Shown in pieces: positions 33,526-42,837 of a stretch of 64,000 bases of DNA (position 1 is its first letter; each line of letters starts with the position of its first letter). The notes beneath the pieces are model-generated. The model made no database searches. It worked only from the letters and a program-made list of their open reading frames with translations, and was not told the DNA's origin. The translations under genes were made by a program, and so were the position numbers. The stretch is from Rhizomicrobium sp. (GTDB lineage: Bacteria; Pseudomonadota; Alphaproteobacteria; Micropepsales; Micropepsaceae). The DNA is taken from positions 142-64,141 of the forward strand of contig DASXHQ010000125.1 of NCBI GenBank assembly GCA_036488415.1, written 5' to 3'.

Positions 33526-36500
33526 TTAGTCTGCGGTCGCATCCGGGTCGGGCATCATGATCGGCCAGGGCTTGCCCGACGCAAGGTCGGGATGGCGAGG
33601 CTCGGTTTCCGGCGCGCCGTAATCGTCCCTGAACTTGTCGATGAGGCTGAGGCAGCGCGCGGCGGGATCATCAGCCCCGCCGCACTTTGTCATCGCCAAA
33701 AGCTTCCGGCGCAGTTCGGTGGCGGGGACGGGCACGACGTTGTACGCGCCTTTCCAGTTTTCGGAGGGTACGTGTTCGGTGACGGCGCTCTGGATTGACT
33801 GCCACGCCAGATACGAGCGCCCGGTCTTGATCTCGATATCGATCAGCATGAGCAGTCCTTCAGTTCCGGGGGCTTGGGCGACAGCGTAGGCGAGGAGCGC
33901 GAGAGCTTTGGAACTGACCCCATCCTTGAGCAAGGCGTACACATAGGCGCGCACTTCCGCGAACGCCGAGATCAGGGCGCCAAGTTCGCGCCCCCAAAGC
34001 AACTCGTCCGTGGGCTTGCCGTCCAGCGTGCCGCTGACCGTCAAATCAATGAGGCGGCGCGCGGCTGATACGGTGCCGAGTTGCATGGCTGTCGCCCGCC
34101 ATTGGTGGTTCAGGTAGAAGCGCGGGTCTTCTTCGGCGAGCTTGAACAACACATCTTCCGCCCCGGCTGAGGGCGCGTTCCCGAGGCCGCCAACCATTTC
34201 TTCGAGCAAATGCGGGTTACGCTGCGCGTCAGGCATGCCGCGCACGATGGCGGGCAGATCGGCGACAGGGTTCGCGAAGGGCAGGAGTCGCAACCATGCG
34301 CGGAGCTGGTAAGCGTCGCTCTGCGTTAGAATCCACGTCTCCTTCTTTGCCGCTTCAAAAGTCTCCGTAATGCCGTCTGCCACAAGCCTGATGTTGATGT
34401 GCTCGCCGGAAAGGACGAGCGCCAAAAGCAACGCCGCGCGCGCCTGTCGCGGCGCGAGCGCAATAAGCTTCTGAATCACCGCGTCGCGCTGGCCATGGGG
34501 CAGCCGCGCACCGACGATCCCGAGGGCTACCGCCAGTTTCCTTTGTTCGTCCGTCGATCCTTCGGCAATCAAAGTGTCAATCGCGCCAAAGATGGCTTCG
34601 GCTTCCGCCGATGTTTCGGCGGGATTGGCGGCGCGGGCGGCGCGACGTTCTTCGATGCGCGAGAAATCCGCGCCGCTGCGGAATTTCCTGTCGCCCTTGG
34701 GTTCGTTGGCCTCTGACCACTGGACGGCAAGCACCGTCGCGGCCAGTTGCCCGAAATGTTCGTCGGTTAGATAGCCGCTCATAAGCGCGGCGGTCTCCGG
34801 CGTCTTGATCGCGATAAACGCGCGTTGATATTCGTGCGTATGCGGCGTCCGGGCCTCGTTCACCGCCGCGCCCTGACGCCAGCCGTTGGCGCTGGCTTCT
34901 TCACGGAAGGCGCGATAGCGGCGCAAATTGTCGTCGAGCAGTCTCTTGAGCAGCGGGAGCAGTGCTACGGCCGGAGCGTGACCGATCAGGGAGGCGATAG
35001 AAGCCATTTGCCCGCGCGTGGCGTCGCCTGACGCGAGCATGCGTTCACCCCATGCCCGGGCCAGCTTGCCAATCGCGGCCAGGCCTTCGGCATTGAACGG
35101 CCGCGCGCGGTCGTTGTCTCCGTTAGTCTCCCGGGACAGAAGCCCGGCCAGCTCCACAATCTCTTCGTTGTCCGCCGTGCCGGCGCGCGACTGCACGGCG
35201 GCAATCAGGCTCGCTCCCGGCGTATGGCCGATGCGCGCACGAAGGTCGTGGTAACGATCACCCGCCGCTTGATCGTATTTGCCGCTGGCGTCGCGCAATA
35301 CTTTGCGGGCGTCAAGATACGCGTCGATCATCCGGTCAACGGCCTTTGGCCCGAGCACCGAGGCGGCAGCCTCTGCGCGGTCATCAGGGCGGCGCGTCTC
35401 CCCGAGCGCGGCGTCGAGCAGCGCGTGGTCTTCAAGCGCAAGCCCGGCAGCCGCGAGAATGTCATCCGCGCCATAGAACAATGTGCGGTTCTCGCGCACA
35501 CGGCGCAGCAGTCCCTCCGCGAGCGCTTGCGGGTAGCGTTTTCGCACTTCGTACAACAGGTGCATTTCGCCATCGCGTTTACGGTCGATCTCCATTTCGG
35601 CCACGATCCCGCTGACTTCCGCAGCGCTGTCATCGCCGCCCTTGGCGTAGAGGAGCGCCCGCAGGCGCTCGAAGGGAGAGACGCCAGCCGCCTGGCGGCG
35701 TTCACGCGCCGCCGCCAGACCTTTCTGAACGGCATCGACGGCAATGTCATCGATGTGGCCTTTCTCGGCCAGGATGTCATAGGTCGCGTCGCCCGCGTCG
35801 CCGAGCAGGTCGGCGACGTGGCGATCCGCCCGCCGAAATGAAAGCGCATCGACAACGGCCGCTTTCACATCGGGATCGCTGTCGGCCTTCGCGACGGCGG
35901 TCGCAAGGTCGAGGCCGTCCATGCCGCCCTGCATCGCGATTTCATGCAACACGTTCCTGCGGACTTCTGGGGGCAGCGCCGCGATCCGCTTCGGGGCGTC
36001 GCTCCCGAGCAAAGACGGACGGAACCGTCTCGCCGCCCGCAGGGCAGCCAGATGAACCTGATTGTTTTCATGCGTGATCAGGGGCCAGATCAGGTCACCG
36101 AATTCCGGTCTGCCCGACGTGGTCATGAACCGGACGGCGCGATCCACTTTGCCGGGCGCATGCCACTTATCGATGAAGCCACGAATCTTGGCGCTGATCG
36201 GCGCCCACACGTCGTCGGTGGCGCGAAAGATCATTTCGCCCGCGAGGACAGGATCGACCTCGAAGGCGGCGAGAATGGCCGCGCCGCAGGCGGCCTTCTG
36301 CGCGGCATCGCCGCGCGCGCTCCGTTCGACCGCGAACAGGATCGCTTCTTCCCACGGGCGCTGGTTGAGCACATCGGCCTTGAGCTTGTCGCGCGCCGCC
36401 ATGTCGCTACCGGCGTCAGCCATCAGGCGTTCGACGCGGTGGGACGCATACCATTCCTGAAACTGCTGATGCTGAAATGAATAGCCCGGCGTGTCGCCGG

Positions 36501-37893
36501 CGCGCATCAGGACGTGATTGCTCACGAGGGTTTCCAGCAGCGTGCCGGGTTGTGTGGTGATGGTGATTTGCCCGTCCGCCAACAGCATCTGCGCCGTCGC
36601 CGAAACCGATTTCCGCGCGTTGCCGTCCGTAATGGCCGTGTTCGCCGTTGTCGTGGCGAATACGGCGAGGTCGTCCAGATAATCCCGCTGAAAGCCGTGC
36701 GTCACGGCGTAAAGCGCCGCCGCGCGCCCGGCTGCCTGTTCATGGGCGGCAACAAAACGCCGCAGCACTTCTTCCTTCGTCGCCGGAAACGGCGCGCCGT
36801 CCGGTAGCGAGAGCAATGCCGTGAGATAGAGCGGGATGGTCACCAACTCACGGACACCCGCTGTCCGCCACGCCTGATCGACGAGCTTTGCACCGTTATC
36901 GCCGCGCATCGCCCTGGCAATTTCCATCTGCTGTTCGTCGTTGAGCGGCAGCAGATCGACGCGCGTGCCGGCGAAAGGAATGTCGAGGGCCTGTTTGCGC
37001 GTGGAAATCAGCAGGCCGAGTTCGGGCAGTTCCGCTTTGAGGTTTGTGACCTGCACCCGTGCGCGATCACGCGCGGCGGTGTCAAGTTCGTTCCAGCCGT
37101 CGAGCAGAAGCACGACCCCGGGCTTGGCGGCGACGGCTCGGAAGTCCGTCTCCGAAACCCCGGTAAACGCGGGGCGCTTCAGGATGGACGCGAGCAACGC
37201 GTCGCTATCGGTGGCCCAATCACCGAGCGGCACGAGGAGCGGCGTGCCGTTCCCGATCTCCAGCACGCCTTCGGCGACCTGAAAGAGCGTGGTCGTCTTT
37301 CCCATGCCGGGCGGCGCGATAAGGATAAGGTCATCGAGCGTGGTGACGGCGTTCGCGAGCGCGCGCGTACTCAGCGCCTCATCCACATGGTCAATCTTGA
37401 GCGTCAGCGCGACAGCCGTGCCGGGCCATTTATCCGTCTGCCGGAATACCGCCAGATCGGCCGCCGCCGCCGCGCGCAGCCGATCTCTCAATGCGTCGGG
37501 CGTTAGCGCTTGCATCCCCGGTCCAAAAGGAGAGTTGTCCATGATGCTGCGCCACGAATCCCTGTCAGTCTGCGTTTTCCAGTCGCGCAGCAATTCGACA
37601 GTGAATATCGAATCCTTCGCGTCCACGGCGCGCGCATGGACATCACAAAGCCAAATGCCGTTTTCGATGGAGCGCCGTTCTTCGGGCGTCATGCTATCGT
37701 CGTAGCGCGGGCCACCCGGCGCGGCGGCGCAAATGTGCGCCGCTTCCCCGATGTTAATTTCGCCAGAAGCGTCGGAGTTCGCCGCGTGCGTTAGGCGGCG
37801 GCATGCCGGATTGGAGCAATGGCCGCGCGCCTGTCTCTCAAGGGCCTTCTTGGTCCGGTCTGTGAATTCGTCTCTGTTCTTGTTCTTGGCCAT
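33526..37893 (-). CDS. STAND NTPase: N-terminal HNH-like nuclease, NACHT-type P-loop, long HEAT-like repeat region
   Basis: N-terminus HCSNPACRR...GEAAHICAAAPGGPRYD...ENGIWLCDVHARAVD (HNH/His-Me finger pattern). Walker A IAPPGMGKTT (37291-37320), Walker B VVLLLDGWNEL, then about 1100 aa of helical repeats. 1455 aa. Confidence 0.85.
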   Translation of the reverse strand: MAKNKNRDEFTDRTKKALERQARGHCSNPACRRLTHAANSDASGEINIGEAAHICAAAPGGPRYDDSMTPEERRSIENGIWLCDVHARAVDAKDSIFTVELLRDWKTQTDRDSWRSIMDNSPFGPGMQALTPDALRDRLRAAAAADLAVFRQTDKWPGTAVALTLKIDHVDEALSTRALANAVTTLDDLILIAPPGMGKTTTLFQVAEGVLEIGNGTPLLVPLGDWATDSDALLASILKRPAFTGVSETDFRAVAAKPGVVLLLDGWNELDTAARDRARVQVTNLKAELPELGLLISTRKQALDIPFAGTRVDLLPLNDEQQMEIARAMRGDNGAKLVDQAWRTAGVRELVTIPLYLTALLSLPDGAPFPATKEEVLRRFVAAHEQAAGRAAALYAVTHGFQRDYLDDLAVFATTTANTAITDGNARKSVSATAQMLLADGQITITTQPGTLLETLVSNHVLMRAGDTPGYSFQHQQFQEWYASHRVERLMADAGSDMAARDKLKADVLNQRPWEEAILFAVERSARGDAAQKAACGAAILAAFEVDPVLAGEMIFRATDDVWAPISAKIRGFIDKWHAPGKVDRAVRFMTTSGRPEFGDLIWPLITHENNQVHLAALRAARRFRPSLLGSDAPKRIAALPPEVRRNVLHEIAMQGGMDGLDLATAVAKADSDPDVKAAVVDALSFRRADRHVADLLGDAGDATYDILAEKGHIDDIAVDAVQKGLAAARERRQAAGVSPFERLRALLYAKGGDDSAAEVSGIVAEMEIDRKRDGEMHLLYEVRKRYPQALAEGLLRRVRENRTLFYGADDILAAAGLALEDHALLDAALGETRRPDDRAEAAASVLGPKAVDRMIDAYLDARKVLRDASGKYDQAAGDRYHDLRARIGHTPGASLIAAVQSRAGTADNEEIVELAGLLSRETNGDNDRARPFNAEGLAAIGKLARAWGERMLASGDATRGQMASIASLIGHAPAVALLPLLKRLLDDNLRRYRAFREEASANGWRQGAAVNEARTPHTHEYQRAFIAIKTPETAALMSGYLTDEHFGQLAATVLAVQWSEANEPKGDRKFRSGADFSRIEERRAARAANPAETSAEAEAIFGAIDTLIAEGSTDEQRKLAVALGIVGARLPHGQRDAVIQKLIALAPRQARAALLLALVLSGEHINIRLVADGITETFEAAKKETWILTQSDAYQLRAWLRLLPFANPVADLPAIVRGMPDAQRNPHLLEEMVGGLGNAPSAGAEDVLFKLAEEDPRFYLNHQWRATAMQLGTVSAARRLIDLTVSGTLDGKPTDELLWGRELGALISAFAEVRAYVYALLKDGVSSKALALLAYAVAQAPGTEGLLMLIDIEIKTGRSYLAWQSIQSAVTEHVPSENWKGAYNVVPVPATELRRKLLAMTKCGGADDPAARCLSLIDKFRDDYGAPETEPRHPDLASGKPWPIMMPDPDATAD

Positions 37894-38495
37894 TAGGATG
37901 CGGACTGTTGGGACTTTCTGCCCCCCAACGGGGCGGCATAGCGCGACTATACCATTTCGCCGCGCCGTGCCGAACTACCGGATCGCCATGGTTTTCCGTA
38001 ACCTCTGCATTACGTCATACGCTGCTTTGCGGTCGGCAGCGATTTGCGGAATCTAGGCCGCCACACCTCGGGCACCAACGGTCGCAATAGCGCACCCGGC
38101 AAGTTTGCAAATTGTGGCCAACGACTTGTCTGTAATCGCTTCATGGCATTCCGTACCACAGTGACAGGCTTTGGATTCAGTTTGTGCACGGGTGCGTCGC
38201 TCTGCGACCGGGCTCTATGCGCTGAAGCGCACCGAGCCGCACAGCGTCTCGGCCTTCGGTAACGATCCCTCGCGCAAAGAGAGTTGTTCGGCCGCGTAGA
38301 CGCCGCCGGATCGCGCTTTGGCGCGAAGCTTATGCGCTGGCGCAACCGGGCCGTAAGGCGTCTCGGCCCGTTCGGGTGGCGATTCCTCGCGAAAGAGGGG
38401 GTGCCGGTTCCTGCCGCTATGGGGCTTCTGCGGTGCGCGCCACACCGCGTTAAAGGCGCCATTCTCTGCATATTTGCAGGGTGGTTGCATCATTC

Positions 38496-38579
38496 ACTTG
38501 TAATGACAATGCATTATTGACTTGTAATGGTAATTCATTATATACTTGCAACGGTAATACACTAAAAACTTGTGATGAC
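38496..38579 (+). repeat. four tandem 24-bp iterons ACTTGYRAYGRYAAT... abutting the Fic start codon
   Basis: Units at 38496-38519, 38520-38543, 38544-38567 and 38568 onward (the last is truncated by the ATG at 38580): acttgtaatgacaatgcattattg / acttgtaatggtaattcattatat / acttgcaacggtaatacactaaaa / acttgtgatgaca. Confidence 0.65.
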
Positions 38580-40126
38580 ATGGCTCAACCAAACGAAAAA
38601 CTTGCAGTATCCCTGAGTGAGCTTGCGCAATTGCAGGCTGAGGGAAGACGCGTATTTAGGTCCAAAGAGCTTTCCCGGGTCCATCGGAACGCCTGCTCAA
38701 GCACGGCTTCATTCAGGAGGTCATGAGAGGCTGGCTTATCTCCTCCAGCCCGAGCGCTGCCCAGGGCGATAGTACCCCTTGGTACGCCTCTTTCTGGGAG
38801 TTTTGCGCCCTCTATTGCAATGACCGTTTTGGAGAGAAATGGCACCTCTCACCCGAGCAGTCGATTTTTCTGCATGCCGAAAATACCGTTATTCCGACCC
38901 AGCTCATCGTCTACAGCCCCAACGGCACCAACAACACCGTCCCGCTTCTCTTCGGCACATCCATCTACGATCTCAAGCAGCCGCAAATGCCACCGGTGGC
39001 CGACGTAACGCTGCGCGACGGACTGCGGCTGTTCTCTCCGGCCGCCGCCTTGATACGGGTGCCGGAAGCTTTCTTCTCTCGCTATCCTATCGAAACACAG
39101 GTGGTGCTGACCGGCATTCGCGATGCCTCCGACATGCTGAGCCGTCTTCTGGCCGGCGGCCACTCCGTCGTCGCAGGAAGGCTTGCTGGAGCGTTCCGGC
39201 GGATTGGGCGCGCGGATGTTGCGGACGAAATCATCGCGACCATGAAAGCCGCAGATTACGTGGTCAACGAAACCGATCCGTTCGCTGCGCAGTACGTCTT
39301 TGGCGTACTGCGCAGAGATACACCGCCGATTGTCGGACGCATCGATGCCATGTGGAAATCTATGCGGCAGGCGGTCATCGACGCATTTCCAAAGGTGCCG
39401 GGTCTTCCAAAAGACCAGAAAGCCTATTTGAGTTTCATCGACGGTATTTATCAAAGCGATGCCTACCATTCGCTTTCCATCGAGGGATACCAGGTTACTC
39501 CCGCCCTCATTGAGCGCGTGCGCTCCGGTGCGTGGGATCCACAAAATCACGACGCTGACCGGCAAAACCGCGATGCCCTCGCCGCCAGAGGTTATTGGCA
39601 GGCATTTCAACTGGTAAAGGCGAGCGTCGCTGGAATTATCACCGGTAAAAATGCCGGTGCGATCGTGCGCACGGCCCATCGTGACTGGTATCGCGAGCTA
39701 TTTCAGCCCTGCATTGCCGTTGGTTTGCTCCCTGCGACCGCGTTGGCGGGCTATCGCAATGATGCTGTCTATCTTCGCACCTCGCGTTACGTGCCTCCTC
39801 GTTGGGAAGCCGTGCGCGACGCGATGCCAGCATTGTTCGACTTGCTCGAAGCCGAGCCTGAACCGTCAGTGCGCGCAGTGCTGGGGCACTGGCTGTTCGG
39901 CTATGTGCACCCTTATCCCGATGGCAACGGGCGCATGGCCCGCTTCCTGATGAATGCAATGCTGGCGTCAGGTGGCTATCCGTGGACGATCATCCGTGTC
40001 GAAGATCGATCTGCCTATTTGAGCGCTCTGGATAGCGCTAGCGTCGATATGGATATCGCACCATTCGCCAAATACGTCGCCGGGCGGGTCAAATGGTCGA
40101 TGGAACAGCCTGCAGCAACCCAATGA
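38580..40126 (+). pseudogene. Fic/DOC-family protein with an apparent 1-nt frameshift near 38686 (otherwise intact)
   Basis: Fic motif HPYPDGNGRMARFLMNAML. The 467-aa frame opens only after the TAG at 38657-38659. Frame +1 from the ATG at 38580 gives MAQPNEKLAVSLSELAQLQAEGRRVFRSKELSRVHR. This continues sensibly as ERLLKHGFIQEVMRGWLISS only if one base is added around CATCGG|AACGC. Confidence 0.6.
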
Positions 40127-40629
40127 GCATTCCTGCGGACCAATACGAGCTGTATGCGGAGTTCGGTATCGCCTCGGAGAAAGCTCAAGTCCTCGAAGTG
40201 GAAGCAGGCAATGTCGCGCTGAGCTATCTGACGCTTTTCGTCAACACCGACCAAATCTGCGCAGAAGAAGGCGAAATGTTTCGCAAGGTCGTAGACGACG
40301 TTAATCGCAAAACGCTCGGAACGCTGCTGCAACACATCAAGTCTATCGGAACGTTCGATCCGTCCATTTTGCAAGTCGTGGATGACGCGTTGGAACGCAG
40401 AAACTACCTCACGCACAAATTCTTCCGCACGCACAACTTTGCCATCTTCGACGTGGCGGGCCGGAAGGCGATGGTTGAGGAGCTTAGAGATATCCAACGC
40501 AAGTTCGATATGGCCCACGCGATGTTACACGGCGTCTCAGAAACGCTCGAAAGTTTGGCGGGGAGGGGCGACGCGTGGAAGGCTCTTACTGAGCGGCTTC
40601 GAGTGGCGGGTAAGAAAGTAGATATTTAG
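40123..40629 (+). CDS. small helical protein with an HEPN-like Rx4H motif
   Basis: ATGA overlap with the Fic stop. ERRNYLTHKF (RNYLTH at 40399-40416) is a classic R-N-x-x-x-H HEPN signature in an all-helical 168-aa protein. Confidence 0.55.
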   Translation: MSIPADQYELYAEFGIASEKAQVLEVEAGNVALSYLTLFVNTDQICAEEGEMFRKVVDDVNRKTLGTLLQHIKSIGTFDPSILQVVDDALERRNYLTHKFFRTHNFAIFDVAGRKAMVEELRDIQRKFDMAHAMLHGVSETLESLAGRGDAWKALTERLRVAGKKVDI

Positions 40630-40652
40630 CCGAAAGCGACAGGAGTGCAGAC

Positions 40653-41207
40653 GTGACGGTCGATCAAATCATAGCTCTGGCTGCAAGTGTGGGAACTTGT
40701 GTTGCCGCGGTGTTCGCACTCTTGGCGCTCAGGGAAAGCGCGACGCAACGCAAAACTTCGTATCGGCCACAGTTCGCACTCAAACGCCAAACACTCTACG
40801 CCACCGGCTTTGACAGTCTGGAAAATTGGGCGGTCGAGAAATCCGAAGGGGCACCCCTTGAAAGTTCTCCGCGCTACAACGCGCGCCTGTTCAACATCGG
40901 ACTTGGTCCGGCGAAGGCTATCGAAATCACTTGGAAATTTGACCACATCTCCCTCATTGAAGAAGTGAATAGGTTATCGAAGCAGAACGGCTCCAAGCGC
41001 GCTGCCATCATGAGGAATGAGCGAACTCTGGAAATACACACGGCAAGTGGGTCAAGAGCGGGTTTGTTTCTCGATGGTGACAGACAGACTTATGATTTTG
41101 CACTTCCGTATCACGTCGAGGATGCCGGGCTGCAACTGTTCGTTCCGTTGAGCTTCGTCTTTCTTGTTTCGATGTACTTCATGGAAGCGTTCGCCGAACA
41201 AAAATAA
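40653..41207 (+). CDS. hypothetical membrane protein
   Basis: GTG start after AGGAG. N-terminal TM (IIALAASVGTCVAAVFALLAL) and a C-terminal hydrophobic segment. AT-richer codons. Confidence 0.45.
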   Translation: MTVDQIIALAASVGTCVAAVFALLALRESATQRKTSYRPQFALKRQTLYATGFDSLENWAVEKSEGAPLESSPRYNARLFNIGLGPAKAIEITWKFDHISLIEEVNRLSKQNGSKRAAIMRNERTLEIHTASGSRAGLFLDGDRQTYDFALPYHVEDAGLQLFVPLSFVFLVSMYFMEAFAEQK

Positions 41208-41450
41208 AAAAGGCGGGCCATTCAAGATCAGCTCGCTAAAGCGACAATTTCCATCAAATATAGTGACATTGGAGGTCAGCGATATTCTCAGGCATTTACA
41301 GCGAAAGTTGCCGTCCATGTTTTCGAACATCCGTCCGAAAACTCGGCCGCAAAGCTGATAGGTGAGATGGATTTTGTCAGTGCTGACTAGCTTCTCAATA
41401 CCAGAAATTTGCGCATGAAACCGATCCGAGCCGTTGCTTAATGGAGTCTA

Positions 41451-42782
41451 ATGACCGTTTCTAACCAAAACCTGGAGCGGCTGACGCGCGCCGTGGCGGC
41501 GCTACGCGGTAGGGAAATTCCGAATAGCAGCATATCGGCTAGCCTACCGCCGATGCGTGACCTGATCGATCTATGCATAGAATTGTTTCCAGTTGAGATC
41601 GGGACGGACAAAAAGGGTGACCCGTATCGTGAAGATGTGCGATGGGCGCTGGTCAATCTGTTTCGCGCGACGGGTATCCCCGGATCGCCGGGAGGGCCTG
41701 TGTCGGCGGAGCCGATGGCAAGGGCAATCTGCGAAGCGATGACGGCGCGGAGCATGCCGCTTCTGCATCTGTGTCCGCTTGATATGGCCGATGACTTACC
41801 TCGCCTCCGGTTCGGTCCCTGCGAAATCCGGACCTTCAGCCGGCAAGAGTTGGAAGACGTGATCCAGCTACCACGCCTTCGGAGGCAGTTTACGAGCCTG
41901 ACTCTTGATACAGGCGGATTGTCGGACTTCACCTGGCTGGTGGTTCGTGAAACACCCGCGCTACAAAGTCGGATTGGCCTCCGATCAAATTTCTGGTGGA
42001 ATCTTCGGCTGGATGAGGATTTGGGCGCGATAAAGCCCTATTCGCGCACATGGCCAGAAGCAGTCGAACGAGCCGTGTTCGGCCTTCTCCTGTTACCGTG
42101 GGAGGAGTTCGCCGCCTATCCGGATATGGAGTGGCGCGGGTTCAAGATTCCATGGGTCTACACCGTGGATTACGATCCTTTCGTCGCGCCAAAGATGCCG
42201 AAAGGGCCGGAAACATTGTCGCGCGAACCGGCAATTTATCAGGACATCCAGACGGGCGAAGAGGTTGAACTTGAAAAGCCCGTTCGCCTGCCGCTGAGAG
42301 ACGATATGGACGGTGCCTGGGCGACGGTTTGCGACCAATGGTGGGAAGAATTGGGCAGGGCGGTTACATCGCCTATCGTCAATCCGCTTGTAGTACATTT
42401 TCTGGTGAGGGCCTTCATCACTGACGACATCGATGAATTTCTGGGCCATATCACGACGATTGAGGCGGCACTCGGCATGGAGCGCGACCACAACCGTGAC
42501 GGTGCGAGGCCTAAGATAAACGGGGACAACCCGGGCCCCACGGAACGTATCGCTCGCCGCGTGTCTGCCCTGACGGGCGACGCAACTTCGGCGGAGAGAT
42601 ATCGTGAGCTATTCGGAATGCGCAGCGCGTTTGTTCATGGGCGCCGGCTCGATGTCATATCATCCGAAAAACGCAACCAAGCGCGCGCGATGGCTCGTCT
42701 GGTCGTAAACAATCTTGTTAGCGCCGCCATCACTGGCGCGCATAACAATCGCAAGGAATATCTTTCGACTCTCTGTCCGTAG
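41451..42782 (+). CDS. hypothetical protein with a C-terminal HEPN-like domain
   Basis: 443 aa. The C-terminal helical region has LFGMRSAFVHGRRL (RSAFVH at 42621-42638, the Rx4H-G pattern common in HEPN families). Confidence 0.55.
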   Translation: MTVSNQNLERLTRAVAALRGREIPNSSISASLPPMRDLIDLCIELFPVEIGTDKKGDPYREDVRWALVNLFRATGIPGSPGGPVSAEPMARAICEAMTARSMPLLHLCPLDMADDLPRLRFGPCEIRTFSRQELEDVIQLPRLRRQFTSLTLDTGGLSDFTWLVVRETPALQSRIGLRSNFWWNLRLDEDLGAIKPYSRTWPEAVERAVFGLLLLPWEEFAAYPDMEWRGFKIPWVYTVDYDPFVAPKMPKGPETLSREPAIYQDIQTGEEVELEKPVRLPLRDDMDGAWATVCDQWWEELGRAVTSPIVNPLVVHFLVRAFITDDIDEFLGHITTIEAALGMERDHNRDGARPKINGDNPGPTERIARRVSALTGDATSAERYRELFGMRSAFVHGRRLDVISSEKRNQARAMARLVVNNLVSAAITGAHNNRKEYLSTLCP

Positions 42783-42837
42783 CGATGCGCGTATGAGTTA
42801 GCCCCTCGCGTCTCGACTTTGCTGTCACGTTCTGCTA

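Noticed and set aside
38481-38579. Peptide repeat TCNDN/TCNGN encoded at the start of ORF 38481-38726
   Set aside because: The periodicity is at the DNA level (24-bp iterons in AT-rich DNA directly upstream of a good ATG at 38580). The protein repeat is a by-product of reading through them.
38849-39679. 276-aa minus-strand ORF and 224-aa plus-strand alternative frame within the Fic gene
   Set aside because: These are shadow or alternative-frame ORFs without motifs. The Fic frame carries the HPYPDGNGR active-site motif.
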